Origin: a virus
Taxonomy: Duplodnaviria; Caudoviricetes
Virus record (IMG/VR): IMGVR_UViG_3300020171_000036
Location: 1 to 53,183 of that record
Reading direction: 5' to 3' (one strand)
DNA: 53,183 nucleotides
Within the stretch, counting starts at the first letter, position 1. Each line of letters starts with the position of its first letter. The notes under the pieces were generated by a model. The model ran no database searches. It was not told the DNA's origin and was given only the letters and a program-made list of their open reading frames with translations. The position numbers and the translations under genes were made by a program. Below are positions 1-9,500 of the stretch, one piece after another.

Positions 1-38
1 CGACATGGTGGGAGGGTAATTCGACAAGAGTTTGGCGC

Positions 39-230
39 ATGAGCGTTCTTATTTTTATAGGACTTTTATCTTTTCTATCTGCTTATGTTTTTAATGAGGT
101 TACTTCTATACCAAAACTATATCCAAATAAGACAGAGGTTTTTGCTATGAAAAAGGATATAGTTGATCGTCTTGGAGAATTAGTTGGAAAGGTTGATGAG
201 ATTAATCGTTATTTGAGGGATAAGAAGTAA
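39..230 (+). CDS. small membrane protein upstream of lysis genes
   Basis: N-terminal hydrophobic helix followed by coiled coil; adjacent to lysozyme. Confidence 0.45.
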   Translation: MSVLIFIGLLSFLSAYVFNEVTSIPKLYPNKTEVFAMKKDIVDRLGELVGKVDEINRYLRDKK

Positions 231-381
231 ACCATGAGATGTGCTTCCTGGAAATGCTTTAAAATTGCAACTTGGTTAGTAGTTGAGCATATCAGTAGGG
301 GTAAATGTGAGGTGAATGGGTATTGTGATGAGTGCCTGAATGAAATCTCGGAAGGAAAGATTATAAAGAAAGAGAGAATAG

Positions 382-801
382 ATGAAGATAAATAATGATG
401 AAACTATGTTAGAGATGCTTAAACGCCATGAGGGATTCAGAAATAAACCATATCTTTGTTCTGCTGGACGAACTACTATTGGATATGGGCGTAACTTAAC
501 TGATGTGGGTATATCTGAAGATGAGGCGATGACTTTGTTGGTTCACGATATGGTAATAGCTTTTCGTGATGTAAGATTAATTTTTCCTGAATTCTCGAAG
601 TTTTCAAATAACAGAAGAAACGCTCTTACAGATATGATATTTAATCTTGGTAAGACAAGATTTCTTGGATTCAAGAAAATGATAACTGCTATTAAAAAAG
701 GCGACTGGGAAGAAGCAGCAAAAGAAGCTCAAGATAGCAAATGGCATAATCAGGTCGGGAACAGAGCGATTGAAGTAGAAAGAATGTTGAATGGAGGTTA
801 A
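382..801 (+). CDS. phage lysozyme / endolysin (GH24-like)
   Basis: LKRHEGFRNKPYLCSAGRTTIGYGRNL (E-x8-C/D-x5-T triad), MIFNLG, SKWHNQVGNRA motifs. Confidence 0.92.
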   Translation: MKINNDETMLEMLKRHEGFRNKPYLCSAGRTTIGYGRNLTDVGISEDEAMTLLVHDMVIAFRDVRLIFPEFSKFSNNRRNALTDMIFNLGKTRFLGFKKMITAIKKGDWEEAAKEAQDSKWHNQVGNRAIEVERMLNGG

Positions 802-803
802 AA

Positions 804-1244
804 ATGGGGTTTGATATTACTGGCATTTCCTCGGTTGCCGATTTAGCTAAAGGTTTGGTTGACCGTTTTCTTCCGCCTGCAATGACTGGAGAGCAAAAAG
901 CACAGGCTCAAATTCAGATGCAAGAAATACTTGAGAAACGTGAAACAGCCCTTATTGATGCACAGAAGTCTATTATTGTATCAGAGATGCAGCAGTCAGA
1001 TAATTTCACTAAGAGAGCCAGGCCTTCCCTTTGCTATGCTGGTCTTGTATTCATCTTTCTGGTGCATGTAGCCTTCCCGATAATAGCCTTCTTTACATCA
1101 AAGCCTATGCCCTCCTTAACACTTCCTACCGAGTTCTGGTATGCCTGGACGGGTGTTTGTTCTGCTTGGATTATAGGTAGGTCGGCAGAGAAAAAAGGGG
1201 CTACAGGAAGTGTTATAAGCCTGATAACAGGGAATAAATCATAA
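804..1244 (+). CDS. holin (3TM / GTA-holin-like)
   Basis: Follows lysozyme; 'DNFTKRARP' and 'GRSAEK' motifs with two hydrophobic segments. Confidence 0.8.
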   Translation: MGFDITGISSVADLAKGLVDRFLPPAMTGEQKAQAQIQMQEILEKRETALIDAQKSIIVSEMQQSDNFTKRARPSLCYAGLVFIFLVHVAFPIIAFFTSKPMPSLTLPTEFWYAWTGVCSAWIIGRSAEKKGATGSVISLITGNKS

Positions 1245-1341
1245 CCACCCGAACCTTTCCAGAAATCTTATAAGTCCATACATGCCAAAGAAAACCCAAG
1301 CCATAGCGAATAGAAAGGCTATGGTTGATATTAAGGTTTCT

Positions 1342-1683
1342 TTAAGCATCAGTTATCACCCTTTGCCCCTGTTCCTTAGCCTCATCCACCCAGTTATCAG
1401 GGCGTAGTTGTCTTTTCTGCCCTCTCATCTCGAATACTTTCAGGCTTGATTTTTTATTCATTACCCAATCCCAGATTCTCCTGAATATTGATTTCCTGGC
1501 ATATACGATAAAGCTATCCGCTGAAAATTCATTGCCTGGAATATCAAGATTTAATTCAACTATAGCGTTCTTCAGATTCACACATGGGTAAATAACTCCG
1601 TGTTGTTCTTTGCCATTATCGTCTATAGTGAATAATTTAAAGTTGCCTCTTTTGGTGTTTAACGATGTGATTTTGATTTTCAT
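1342..1683 (-). CDS. hypothetical protein
   Basis: 113 aa ORF with GAGG RBS in the leftward operon. Confidence 0.6.
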   Translation of the reverse strand: MKIKITSLNTKRGNFKLFTIDDNGKEQHGVIYPCVNLKNAIVELNLDIPGNEFSADSFIVYARKSIFRRIWDWVMNKKSSLKVFEMRGQKRQLRPDNWVDEAKEQGQRVITDA

Positions 1684-1732
1684 ATCTATTCCTCTTCAAA
1701 TTTTTTCTTTTCTATTATCGTAAGAGCTCCAT

Positions 1733-2065
1733 TTATATTATTTTATAATGGCCTTTCAGTTTATCAAAGATAAGTTTGTTATATGTTGGAGGATTATCTG
1801 CAGCCGGAAAAATATTTGCTATTCGATATCCCTTGTTCATATATCCTCTCCAAGTCTCATACTTTTTATTTTGCCAAATGTCATACTTTTCTAATTCTAT
1901 ATTTTCTTTTTTTAACTTTTTTATTTCATGTTCTCCAATATAAACAACAATCCAACTCCACGCAGAAAAAGCCCAGACATAAGATTCAACCCAGCGTTCT
2001 AAAAATAGCGCACAAATAAAATTTATTATACAAATAATTATTAATATTATACTTCCAACATACAT
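1733..2065 (-). CDS. hypothetical membrane protein
   Basis: Two N-terminal hydrophobic helices; GAGGAGG RBS. Confidence 0.6.
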   Translation of the reverse strand: MYVGSIILIIICIINFICALFLERWVESYVWAFSAWSWIVVYIGEHEIKKLKKENIELEKYDIWQNKKYETWRGYMNKGYRIANIFPAADNPPTYNKLIFDKLKGHYKII

Positions 2066-2123
2066 AAGCTACCTCCTCATTTTAACTCCTTCTGGAACTG
2101 AATCGAGTCATTTTTATTCATAT

Positions 2124-2408
2124 CTAATATCTCTCTAAAATTCCCTTAACTGCTTTGGCAAACAATGTTTCATTCTGGTCGAAATTATCCCAATGTATGC
2201 TGTCTTTAGTTATATCGAAATCATCAGGAACTTTCTCTTTTCCTATTATTGTATAAACTCCGTCTTCACATTTCTCGGTAATGATTTCTTTAGTTTCAGA
2301 GTCATAATATTGAAGAGTAAAATTTACAAGGGAATCTTCAGTTATATCATCAAGATTACGAAATATAGCGCCAAGCCTTTCTCTTAATTCTTTTAAAGTT
2401 TCCATCAT
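2124..2408 (-). CDS. hypothetical protein
   Basis: Acidic 94 aa ORF coupled to the upstream gene. Confidence 0.6.
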   Translation of the reverse strand: MMETLKELRERLGAIFRNLDDITEDSLVNFTLQYYDSETKEIITEKCEDGVYTIIGKEKVPDDFDITKDSIHWDNFDQNETLFAKAVKGILERY

Positions 2409-2854
2409 GCCTCCCGCTGTGCATTTTCAAGTAATTTATCAACACTTATTTTTAGTTTCTTTGCCATTACAACAAAAGCACGATCAAAAAATCGGCAAGC
2501 CATTATATGTGGTAACTCTGCATACGAAATAGACCTATACCATAAATGCACATTACCCTTAGAATCAACTATTGTTTTTTCCATATCAACGAATTGCAAT
2601 TCAACTTTTATCTGAAATGCAACCTTATCCTCGTCGTTCCAATGCTGATCTTCATTGTTTGCCGCTACTGTCCTACAACAACCCCAGAACAGTTTTAATT
2701 GCTGATATGATCTGGGCTTATCAACTCCATAGGTCTTACATCTAATTAACTGGTTAGGTTTATATTCGTTCCATTTGTCTTGATCTTCCCGGGAGAACGG
2801 GGCGCCGATTTTATCTTGTTTTTGGAGGACGATCTCTTTCATCTTCCCTCGCAA
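2405..2854 (-). CDS. DUF1367/NinB-like recombination-associated protein
   Basis: 'KPRSYQQLKLFW' and 'RSISYAEL...FFDRA' resemble this family; recombination-gene context. Confidence 0.6.
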   Translation of the reverse strand: MRGKMKEIVLQKQDKIGAPFSREDQDKWNEYKPNQLIRCKTYGVDKPRSYQQLKLFWGCCRTVAANNEDQHWNDEDKVAFQIKVELQFVDMEKTIVDSKGNVHLWYRSISYAELPHIMACRFFDRAFVVMAKKLKISVDKLLENAQREA

Positions 2855-3024
2855 TCAACCACAGCGGGTGTTAAATAACGTAGCTCAACAAAAACACCTT
2901 TTCCCCAATGTATATCCTCGCAATCTGTAATGGACACAACTTCGTATTTATCACCAACTTTAGGCAAGTCAGCCATTTGATCGGGATAAATCATAAAGCC
3001 TTTGTTTTTCATATTAATCATCAC
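2839..3024 (-). CDS. hypothetical protein
   Basis: 61 aa ORF overlapping neighbours in the operon. Confidence 0.5.
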   Translation of the reverse strand: MMINMKNKGFMIYPDQMADLPKVGDKYEVVSITDCEDIHWGKGVFVELRYLTPAVVDCEGR

Positions 3025-3355
3025 TCATGCCCACAAACAATGAAAAATATTCCTGCAACAGTAATCCCAATTCTTTTAAGAACTTCTGTGCCTGCTGTGC
3101 CTCGTCCTTACTTAGCTGTGATGGATAGTCCTCTGACCTGCGGAGGAGCGTGTCCATCTTATTTCGTGTGTTTTCAAGGGCGAAATAAGAATTACCAAGT
3201 TTAGTTCTGTAGTCTAAAAATACATCAGGCTCCAAATCTCCCAACAAATAATCTTCTAACTTGTAATCTTTAGGCATATTACACCTCACATTGGGTTTAA
3301 ATCGTTCAGTTTCATATTTATAGTCATCATTCATATCACACCTCATCATAAGCAT
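3014..3355 (-). CDS. hypothetical protein
   Basis: 113 aa ORF in the operon; true start probably slightly downstream. Confidence 0.5.
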   Translation of the reverse strand: MLMMRCDMNDDYKYETERFKPNVRCNMPKDYKLEDYLLGDLEPDVFLDYRTKLGNSYFALENTRNKMDTLLRRSEDYPSQLSKDEAQQAQKFLKELGLLLQEYFSLFVGMSDD

Positions 3356-3899
3356 CTAAGGGTATTTCATCTGTGTTAAAAGCAGTAGAGGCTGGCTCTG
3401 ATATATCCGGCTTCTGTAATATCCTCATGCTCATTTCAGCAAACTCCTCCGCCATTGATTCAAGTGCTTCTATGCCTGTACCCTCCAGCTCATTCTTTAT
3501 CCAAGGCACAAATGCTTGCTGAAGAAATCCGAATTTACACTTACCAAAACTCTCAGCATGAAAATCTCTGCCCTGTGGTTTATTCTGTATAATGGTATCA
3601 GGTGGCTCGGACAATCCTACAGGCTCTTCGCTAACTTTAAGCTCATCTATAGTGTAATTGGTATAAGTTTTGCCGTCTTTCTTTGATACTTCCTGTTTCT
3701 CGCTATACTTCATGTAGCCTATCTTCATTCCCGCGAAAGGCTCTGGCTTCTTACCACTTGTAAAATATAAAAACTTTTTATCATTTCCTTCAAGATAAAT
3801 ATTCCACATTCTCCATGTCCATGTTTTTCCCTTACCATCATTACCTACGCCATCTTTTACATGATACGCCTTTGAAACTGTTTGTCCGTATTTCTCCAT
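3336..3899 (-). CDS. putative single-stranded DNA-binding protein
   Basis: Aromatic/basic beta-rich N-terminus (OB-like), acidic tail DEIPLDAYDEV; near exonuclease. Confidence 0.45.
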   Translation of the reverse strand: MEKYGQTVSKAYHVKDGVGNDGKGKTWTWRMWNIYLEGNDKKFLYFTSGKKPEPFAGMKIGYMKYSEKQEVSKKDGKTYTNYTIDELKVSEEPVGLSEPPDTIIQNKPQGRDFHAESFGKCKFGFLQQAFVPWIKNELEGTGIEALESMAEEFAEMSMRILQKPDISEPASTAFNTDEIPLDAYDEV

Positions 3900-4277
3900 T
3901 TATTCCCCCTTATATTTTAGTAGTTCTTTCTTTCCTGTCTGGTCATAACTATAATAATAAACTGTTTCTTTCTTATTAATAGTATTAGCATCAATCACAG
4001 CTTGAGGCACTCCCCATATAACCGAAAAAGGCCATGTTAATAAGTTCAGAAATCCAAATAACCATTGGTCAGATTCAGTAGTTCCTATGGCAAGGTAGAA
4101 GTTCCCAAAGCCTGGGAGAATATTCAGCGCACCGGCAAGCGCAGGGTGTTTTAGCTGTACTTCAGCCTGAGGTATGCCATAAGACCTTAACTCATTTAAA
4201 GTTGCTCTATCGCTTCGTGAGAGAGTTGCACAGCCTGTTAAAAGTAATATAGCTATAATACAGGTTAGTTTTTTCAT
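3900..4277 (-). CDS. lipoprotein with TM2-like membrane segment
   Basis: Lipobox LLTG-C; 'LNILPGFGNFYL' and hydrophobic hairpin. Confidence 0.65.
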   Translation of the reverse strand: MKKLTCIIAILLLTGCATLSRSDRATLNELRSYGIPQAEVQLKHPALAGALNILPGFGNFYLAIGTTESDQWLFGFLNLLTWPFSVIWGVPQAVIDANTINKKETVYYYSYDQTGKKELLKYKGE

Positions 4278-4294
4278 GGCTTCTCCTTAAATAG

Positions 4295-4320
4295 TATGGC
4301 TTAATCATTTCTTATTCCAA
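4295..4320 (-). repeat. junction repeat copy 1 (TTGGAATAAGAAATGATTAAGCCATA)
   Basis: Reverse complement of 4291-4320 is identical over 30 nt to 14574-14603. Confidence 0.9.
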
Positions 4321-4349
4321 TTAAAGATATACCGGTTTTAAGTGCTGCG

Positions 4350-4583
4350 TTATGCAAATTTTGGCGTTGGCAATGTCTTAATGGCTTCTACGGCTTCAGC
4401 GTACCAGTGTTTAACGGTTGCAAATCCTCCATCTACAGAACCATTTACAAGAACATAGCAATGGTCATTTTCAATGATATGGGATATACCGCCGTGCTCA
4501 TTTTTCAAGGTGGCTACTGGTGTTTCCACACTACCGTTTCGTAAAGTAACTTTTTCATCTGGTGTTTCTTGGATTTTATACAT
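4350..4583 (-). CDS. hypothetical protein
   Basis: 77 aa ORF with AAGGAG RBS between repeat copies. Confidence 0.6.
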   Translation of the reverse strand: MYKIQETPDEKVTLRNGSVETPVATLKNEHGGISHIIENDHCYVLVNGSVDGGFATVKHWYAEAVEAIKTLPTPKFA

Positions 4584-4617
4584 TTTTTAATCTCCTTTCA
4601 TTTTTCTTATAGTATTA

Positions 4618-4634
4618 CTTAATCATTTCTTATT
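4618..4634 (-). repeat. junction repeat copy 2 (AATAAGAAATGATTAAG)
   Basis: 17-nt core match; supplies the stop of ORF 4619-4804. Confidence 0.8.
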
Positions 4635-4804
4635 AGTTTTAATTCTTTGGGGTCTAAACAAAATACAGGTCCACGAAATCCGCAAGCGCACCAAACACCA
4701 TACGAATCCTGATACCCTTCAGGCCCGTGTAATTCATGGCCACAATCTTTTTTAACGTGCGAATATGGACATTTAAATCTCGAATAATCTACTAAATTTT
4801 TCAT
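4619..4804 (-). CDS. small Cys/His-rich protein
   Basis: CPY...CGH...CACG putative zinc binding; ends in the repeat. Confidence 0.6.
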   Translation of the reverse strand: MKNLVDYSRFKCPYSHVKKDCGHELHGPEGYQDSYGVWCACGFRGPVFCLDPKELKLIRND

Positions 4805-4836
4805 GGCTTTCTCTTCTTTACCTAAATAGTTTAAGT

Positions 4837-4858
4837 TGGCTTAATCATTTCTTATTCC
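4837..4858 (-). repeat. junction repeat copy 3 (GGAATAAGAAATGATTAAGCCA)
   Basis: 22-nt exact match; supplies the stop of ORF 4852-5037. Confidence 0.9.
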
Positions 4859-5037
4859 TGCTTATCTTCAAAGTCTTCAAGTGGACACCATTCAGGGAAA
4901 TCTTTAAGCAATCTAAGCGATTTGCTTTTATAAAAACCACAGGGGATAGGCATAAGACGACAACGTAAGTCTAAGCTGGTAAAACTCGCATGATGACATT
5001 CTCGACAGCTTTTAATAAACAATGGTAATATTTTCAT
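4852..5037 (-). CDS. small Cys-rich protein
   Basis: SCRECHH...C...FPEWCPL pattern typical of small phage proteins. Confidence 0.65.
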   Translation of the reverse strand: MKILPLFIKSCRECHHASFTSLDLRCRLMPIPCGFYKSKSLRLLKDFPEWCPLEDFEDKQE

Positions 5038-5050
5038 TTCTTATTCCAGT
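5034..5050 (-). repeat. junction repeat copy 4 (ACTGGAATAAGAAATGA)
   Basis: 17-nt match to 14342-14358; ATGA stop/start overlap. Confidence 0.8.
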
Positions 5051-5195
5051 TATAGTCGTGAAAATGTTCCCATATAGGCGCATCTGTAGGTCTTTCTACC
5101 TCAGCACCACACTCAGGACAGCGGGAATATTTTGTATCTTCGGAGATACCTTCCCACATACATTTAGTGCATACCCATTCGATTTTAGTTGTCAT
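5034..5195 (-). CDS. zinc-ribbon protein (53 aa, not in ORF track)
   Basis: MTTKIEWVCTKCMWEG...RCPECGAEVERP...WNKK*; AAGGA RBS. Confidence 0.6.
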   Translation of the reverse strand: MTTKIEWVCTKCMWEGISEDTKYSRCPECGAEVERPTDAPIWEHFHDYNWNKK

Positions 5196-5232
5196 GGTTT
5201 TTATCCTTTGGGCGCAAATCTTTCAAGGTTAC

Positions 5233-5592
5233 TTATAAATACATTCTTTTTTCTTCTAACATCTTTAGATATTTTATAAACTTCTTAGATACATCTCTTT
5301 CAACAACATCTAAAATACCAGATATAGTTATATTACGCTTATTATCAAGAAATTGTTTTAATTCATAATCAGGTTTAAACCATTCTCCATGTTTACGAAG
5401 ATGCTTAAAATATATATGTAAAACATTCTCTAAATATAGACCACCTTGAACAACTTTTTTTATTGTTAATGGAACTGGCGAGCCAGTTTGCAATGTCTTT
5501 AGTCTGGATTTAGGATTTTTACTTTTGCCTATTTTAAATAATCCGTTTGGTGCTTGAATAAAATATATCTTGTTTTGTTTTGATTTACTCAT
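5233..5592 (-). CDS. GIY-YIG nuclease family protein (T5orf172/MUG113-like)
   Basis: IYFIQ...FKIGKSKNPKSRLKTLQTGSP...E..LH..F...GEWF. Confidence 0.88.
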   Translation of the reverse strand: MSKSKQNKIYFIQAPNGLFKIGKSKNPKSRLKTLQTGSPVPLTIKKVVQGGLYLENVLHIYFKHLRKHGEWFKPDYELKQFLDNKRNITISGILDVVERDVSKKFIKYLKMLEEKRMYL

Positions 5593-5628
5593 AAATTTCG
5601 CTCAAAATCTGGCTTCTCGGATGAATCA

Positions 5629-6483
5629 TCATATCCCCAAGTACACGGAACATACCACGTTGCAACTACAGTACGAAAGACATCTGACAGCTTCACCCTT
5701 ACGTTCTTCTATGTAGTCGCCCTTATTAGCTTCCATCCATGCCTGAGCTTCTACTTCGGTATTTAAGAGCCTGAATGCTGATTTACGATTCTTACCCATT
5801 ACCGCCCATTGGGTTACCTTCTCCCAGCGTTCGTCAAAGGAACAGGGCAATAAGGCATCGTCAGGCGTATTCTCTGCCTCCTGATGCAACCTTACCCTGT
5901 CTTCTATCCATGCCTGAGATTTTTCCAGCGACCATAACGGTATGTCCTGAACTACCACTTGGCATGATGGATAGTTGTGTTCTTTAGCTTTATGCTTAGA
6001 CCAATCACGCAGGAAGTTTACCACTTGCAGTTTTTCAGGACGTATGCCGTTCACTGTCATTAGATATGAGTTTATATTTAGCTGTTGTTCATGTTCAGGT
6101 TTAATTCCTGCAAGAACAGCCCATACACTTGTGATCTTGTAGTCAGATAGGATCTTTGGTATTTCTTCATACAGGTCTATTTTCCCCCCTATTCTCCAGC
6201 CCCAAACTTCTGTATAATATCTTTTTTCTTTAATGCAGTTCGGAGTTTTAATGCGCTCTAAAATATAATGAGTGTTTGAACCTATCAGCTTATAAATGTT
6301 ATCAGAAACGTCTTCATATATCTTATGCCCATGTCTTTTGGTTAACTGTACTATGCGAGGCGGAAGAACTAATGACGTGGTTGATATATTACTATCACCT
6401 GCTGTATAAGTGTCGTTCTCTACCACCGAAACTAAAGGCTCAGGTAAATTATAACGGTTTTTATATTGCATCTTTAATCTCAA
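5629..6483 (-). CDS. Cas4-like PD-(D/E)XK exonuclease
   Basis: G..TH..LE, GKIDLYE...DYKITS, QLNINSYL, C-terminal CxxxCxxxxxC cluster. Confidence 0.8.
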   Translation of the reverse strand: MRLKMQYKNRYNLPEPLVSVVENDTYTAGDSNISTTSLVLPPRIVQLTKRHGHKIYEDVSDNIYKLIGSNTHYILERIKTPNCIKEKRYYTEVWGWRIGGKIDLYEEIPKILSDYKITSVWAVLAGIKPEHEQQLNINSYLMTVNGIRPEKLQVVNFLRDWSKHKAKEHNYPSCQVVVQDIPLWSLEKSQAWIEDRVRLHQEAENTPDDALLPCSFDERWEKVTQWAVMGKNRKSAFRLLNTEVEAQAWMEANKGDYIEERKGEAVRCLSYCSCNVVCSVYLGI

Positions 6484-6511
6484 CTCCTGTAAAATTACGC
6501 TTATGCTATAT

Positions 6512-6790
6512 TTACTTATTACTTTTTCTTTTTATAAGTTCTTCTTCAAAATAATCAATAAATAGGTTTGTAGGGCTTTTAAGAACATTATCTAATTCTT
6601 GTTCAAAAGCGTAATTTGCCATATCACCATTTGGTGGCTCACAGGTCAGATAGAAAGACAGGGTTTCGTGTGAAATAAATCCTTTTTCTAAAAGCATATT
6701 TAAGGCGTTTTTTATATGCGATGTTTCCATATTTTTTATTTCTTTTTGCCTGCCGTCTTTAGTTGTCCATATTTTAGTCTGTTTTCTCAT
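6512..6790 (-). CDS. hypothetical phage protein
   Basis: WTTKDG...I.NMETSHIKNAL motif common in phages. Confidence 0.65.
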   Translation of the reverse strand: MRKQTKIWTTKDGRQKEIKNMETSHIKNALNMLLEKGFISHETLSFYLTCEPPNGDMANYAFEQELDNVLKSPTNLFIDYFEEELIKRKSNK

Positions 6791-7037
6791 TTATCCCCAC
6801 CATAGTTGTAAGCCTTTTATGTTGTATAAATCTGCGTATCTTTTGCATTTCTGCCGCTGTGTATAACACCCCAATCTCGGTCAATTCTTTTGCGAGTAGT
6901 TCCGCAACTTCGAGGTCATTATCTGTGTAAGGATACTGCGCCTGTTGCGGAATTATCTGCCCTGCCCCGATTGCCTCTGGAAAAAGGTTCTTCAGGTCGT
7001 TAATTGCCTGTTCTTTTAGATATGTTGCTAAGTCCAT
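6774..7037 (-). CDS. hypothetical protein
   Basis: 87 aa ORF with AGGAGG RBS. Confidence 0.6.
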   Translation of the reverse strand: MDLATYLKEQAINDLKNLFPEAIGAGQIIPQQAQYPYTDNDLEVAELLAKELTEIGVLYTAAEMQKIRRFIQHKRLTTMVGINEKTD

Positions 7038-7045
7038 AATGCCTC

Positions 7046-7270
7046 CTATCCATCAATGTCTAAAATATCTGGTTTAATTTTACCCATTCCCTCTTTTGCT
7101 TTAAGAAGGGCGTTTTCAAAAGTAGGCGCAGAAAAATGACCAAACTCTTGAAGATAAATATCGCATATAATTTCTATTTCTCCAATATTGTGCCGATTCA
7201 TTTCATACGAAACACAGAAATATTTATCGGTCATCTTTTCAACTTCTTCATAAACCTCTTGGATTTTCAT
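7046..7270 (-). CDS. hypothetical protein
   Basis: 74 aa ORF with AAGGA RBS. Confidence 0.55.
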   Translation of the reverse strand: MKIQEVYEEVEKMTDKYFCVSYEMNRHNIGEIEIICDIYLQEFGHFSAPTFENALLKAKEGMGKIKPDILDIDG

Positions 7271-7458
7271 TTTGTAAATTCCTTTCCTTCGCCAAATAAT
7301 TTAGCAGGAACGTCCACCCAATAATTACTAAATACTGTAACCTCGCCATCTTTTTCTGCCGAGACTATGTATTCTTTGCCCTTTTTTAATTCCAAACAAT
7401 TACCTGCGTCATCTTTAATATCAACATTTTTAGTGCATATTCTTTTAAATGTTTGCAT
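7267..7458 (-). CDS. hypothetical protein, first gene of the leftward operon
   Basis: 63 aa ORF with AAGGT RBS. Confidence 0.55.
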   Translation of the reverse strand: MQTFKRICTKNVDIKDDAGNCLELKKGKEYIVSAEKDGEVTVFSNYWVDVPAKLFGEGKEFTK

Positions 7459-7470
7459 CTTTTACCTTTA

Positions 7471-7518
7471 GGGGGCGGGGTTAAAGATTTAATTGGAGGT
7501 AAGACATTGCCCGCCCCC
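7471..7518 (-). promoter_or_regulatory. GC-rich stem-loop in the leader of the leftward operon
   Basis: GGGGGCGGG (7471-79) pairs with CCCGCCCCC (7510-18). Confidence 0.5.
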
Positions 7519-7610
7519 GATGATTTTATCACTTAGCATAGTTTATTTTTAATTGCAAGAACTTTTTTTCATCTGGCAATAAATATTTTCCTTGACTTTT
7601 ACTTTGGTTT

Positions 7611-7838
7611 ATGATAGGCATTGTTGAAAGGAGATATAAACCATTGAACACACTCGCAAAATATAAAAAGAAACATAGGCTTACACTAACACAAATGGCA
7701 AAGAAAGCAAAGGTAACACCGAGCACTTTGTTCAAACACATTAATAATCAGCGTGCTATTCATTCGAGTATTATTATAAAATACATAAAGGCTTTTGATA
7801 TTCCAGCGCATGAACTTTTAAAGATAAAAATGACTTAA
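7611..7838 (+). CDS. Cro/XRE-like helix-turn-helix regulator
   Basis: LTLTQMAKKAKVTPSTLFKHIN; first gene of the divergent rightward operon. Confidence 0.75.
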   Translation: MIGIVERRYKPLNTLAKYKKKHRLTLTQMAKKAKVTPSTLFKHINNQRAIHSSIIIKYIKAFDIPAHELLKIKMT

Positions 7839-7839
7839 G

Positions 7840-8127
7840 ATGATAGAAATTAAAATCAACGCACTGCGGGGCATACCACCTGGTATCAGAAAAAGGAGAA
7901 TAATGAATAATCCATCAAAGCCTAAGCCACGCAGACCCATTAAAACAGATATTCTGGAAAAACTTCTCTGCGAGGGGAAACAACACTATTCAAAAGTAAT
8001 GGATCTGCTCAAGGTTTTTCCTGAAAGCATAGAATTGCTGGAAAAAGAAACTCAAATGGAAAATATCATTAATCAATTAAAAAAACAACTTCAGGTTAGA
8101 AATGAGAAGAATAAGAACAAATATTGA
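7840..8127 (+). CDS. hypothetical protein
   Basis: ORF; likely start at MNNPSK after AAGGAG. Confidence 0.5.
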   Translation: MIEIKINALRGIPPGIRKRRIMNNPSKPKPRRPIKTDILEKLLCEGKQHYSKVMDLLKVFPESIELLEKETQMENIINQLKKQLQVRNEKNKNKY

Positions 8128-8252
8128 GGGCTAAATGAAAAGCGGATGCGTTAAAGGTGGCGATCATGAGTGGGGCGTCGAGGGTACGCATCAAAACGAA
8201 TATTGTAAAAAATGCTTTGTTTCAAAACCGTACCACTGAACTATAATGTTAG

Positions 8253-8486
8253 GTGACTAAAATGGCAAAAAAAGGAATACAACGAGCATTGGACTTCGCA
8301 CGGCAAAAAGTTAATGAAACAATAAAAATGAATGCCCGAAGTTCATTGGCTTATGGTAATGGGGCAATGGCGGGAGAAGGTTATAATGGTGGATATTTAG
8401 CGGCACTAAATGATGTTGACCAAGCCATGAATGGATCGCCACCCTTACATAGCAGATTTTGGCCGAAGCCGAAGGATAAGCCATGA
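8253..8486 (+). CDS. hypothetical protein
   Basis: 77 aa ORF ending in the GAAGGATAAGCCATGA repeat. Confidence 0.6.
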   Translation: MTKMAKKGIQRALDFARQKVNETIKMNARSSLAYGNGAMAGEGYNGGYLAALNDVDQAMNGSPPLHSRFWPKPKDKP

Positions 8487-8762
8487 CTGAAGAGCATAAA
8501 TTACATAAATTACATACACATCCACAACTTGAGAAAAAGCTTGGATTAAGTCCAGAATATGTAATTATAGATACGGAAACATTCCAATATTTAAAGTGAG
8601 GGCGAAATGATAGATAACTTTCGTGAAATTTACAATGAAGTTCTTAGCCGCTATGAAAGTTTGGAAAAACTTATTTTAAACTCCAAAGAAGTCAGGATGT
8701 TTGTTTATGAAATATGTGAACATTGTATAGAAGCAGAGTATAAGAAAACTAAAGAGAACTAA

Positions 8763-8963
8763 ATGAAAATTATAACCAAAGACAAAAATATTCAATTCAT
8801 GCCAGAGCATGATAAAGATTGTTTCGATCTGGGATGTTTTGCGATACAAGTAGGGGAGATATTAAACATGACGTCTAACACAGACAAACCGATGCCCAAA
8901 ATCAATTTAATGGAAATAACGACAGATGAATTGTGGGCATTTATTGTGACTAAGGTTTTGTGA
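8763..8963 (+). CDS. hypothetical protein
   Basis: 66 aa ORF in the small-gene array. Confidence 0.55.
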   Translation: MKIITKDKNIQFMPEHDKDCFDLGCFAIQVGEILNMTSNTDKPMPKINLMEITTDELWAFIVTKVL

Positions 8964-8973
8964 GGGGGATTAA

Positions 8974-9183
8974 ATGAGAACTTCAGAAGAATTAGACGAC
9001 ATTATAGACAAGGTGAAACGCAATGACATTGTGTGTGATAGCATAAACAGATGCAAAGGCTGGGAGCAGAGTTATGAGCAGATTATGGAAATGATAGAAG
9101 ACTCAGCGTATGAATATACAGGCTTGCCTTTTCGATTCTGCCCGTTCTGCGGAAGTAAGATAATCTGGAAGGATAAGCCATGA
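8974..9183 (+). CDS. small zinc-finger protein
   Basis: FRFCPFCGSKI motif; GAGGGG RBS. Confidence 0.6.
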   Translation: MRTSEELDDIIDKVKRNDIVCDSINRCKGWEQSYEQIMEMIEDSAYEYTGLPFRFCPFCGSKIIWKDKP

Positions 9184-9500
9184 CCAAGAACAGAAAGATA
9201 AAATTAAAGCATCAATCGACCTTGTGACTGATAGTTTAAACAATCTATACAGTCAAGAATATAAGTTAGAAAAAACAATCAAATTATTGTCAGTTTGGCT
9301 GTCTGTGGCAGGAGACTATTGCAAAGAAGTGGCGGAAGAATTAAAGAAACGCTGAGGTGGCGATATATGAAGAGGAAAAACTCAAAGGTGAACTATGATA
9401 TTAGCTAAATGCAAAGACTGCGGCAACCTTTTCTATGCTGCTGTAATGGGCGAGGTTGGTTGCCCGAAGTGCGGTACTAAGAATACTTGTGTAGCGATAT

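Larger units (their letters stand above)
8471..9184 (+). repeat. 17-bp direct repeat GAAGGATAAGCCATGAC at 8471-8487 and 9168-9184
   Basis: Exact copies; both upstream ORFs end KDKP*. Confidence 0.85.

Noticed and set aside
4295-5050. Repeats plus a nearby Cas4-like gene as a CRISPR array
   Set aside because: Intervals are ~190-320 bp and encode ORFs, the repeat is not palindromic, and there is no cas1/cas2; solo Cas4-like exonucleases are common in phages.
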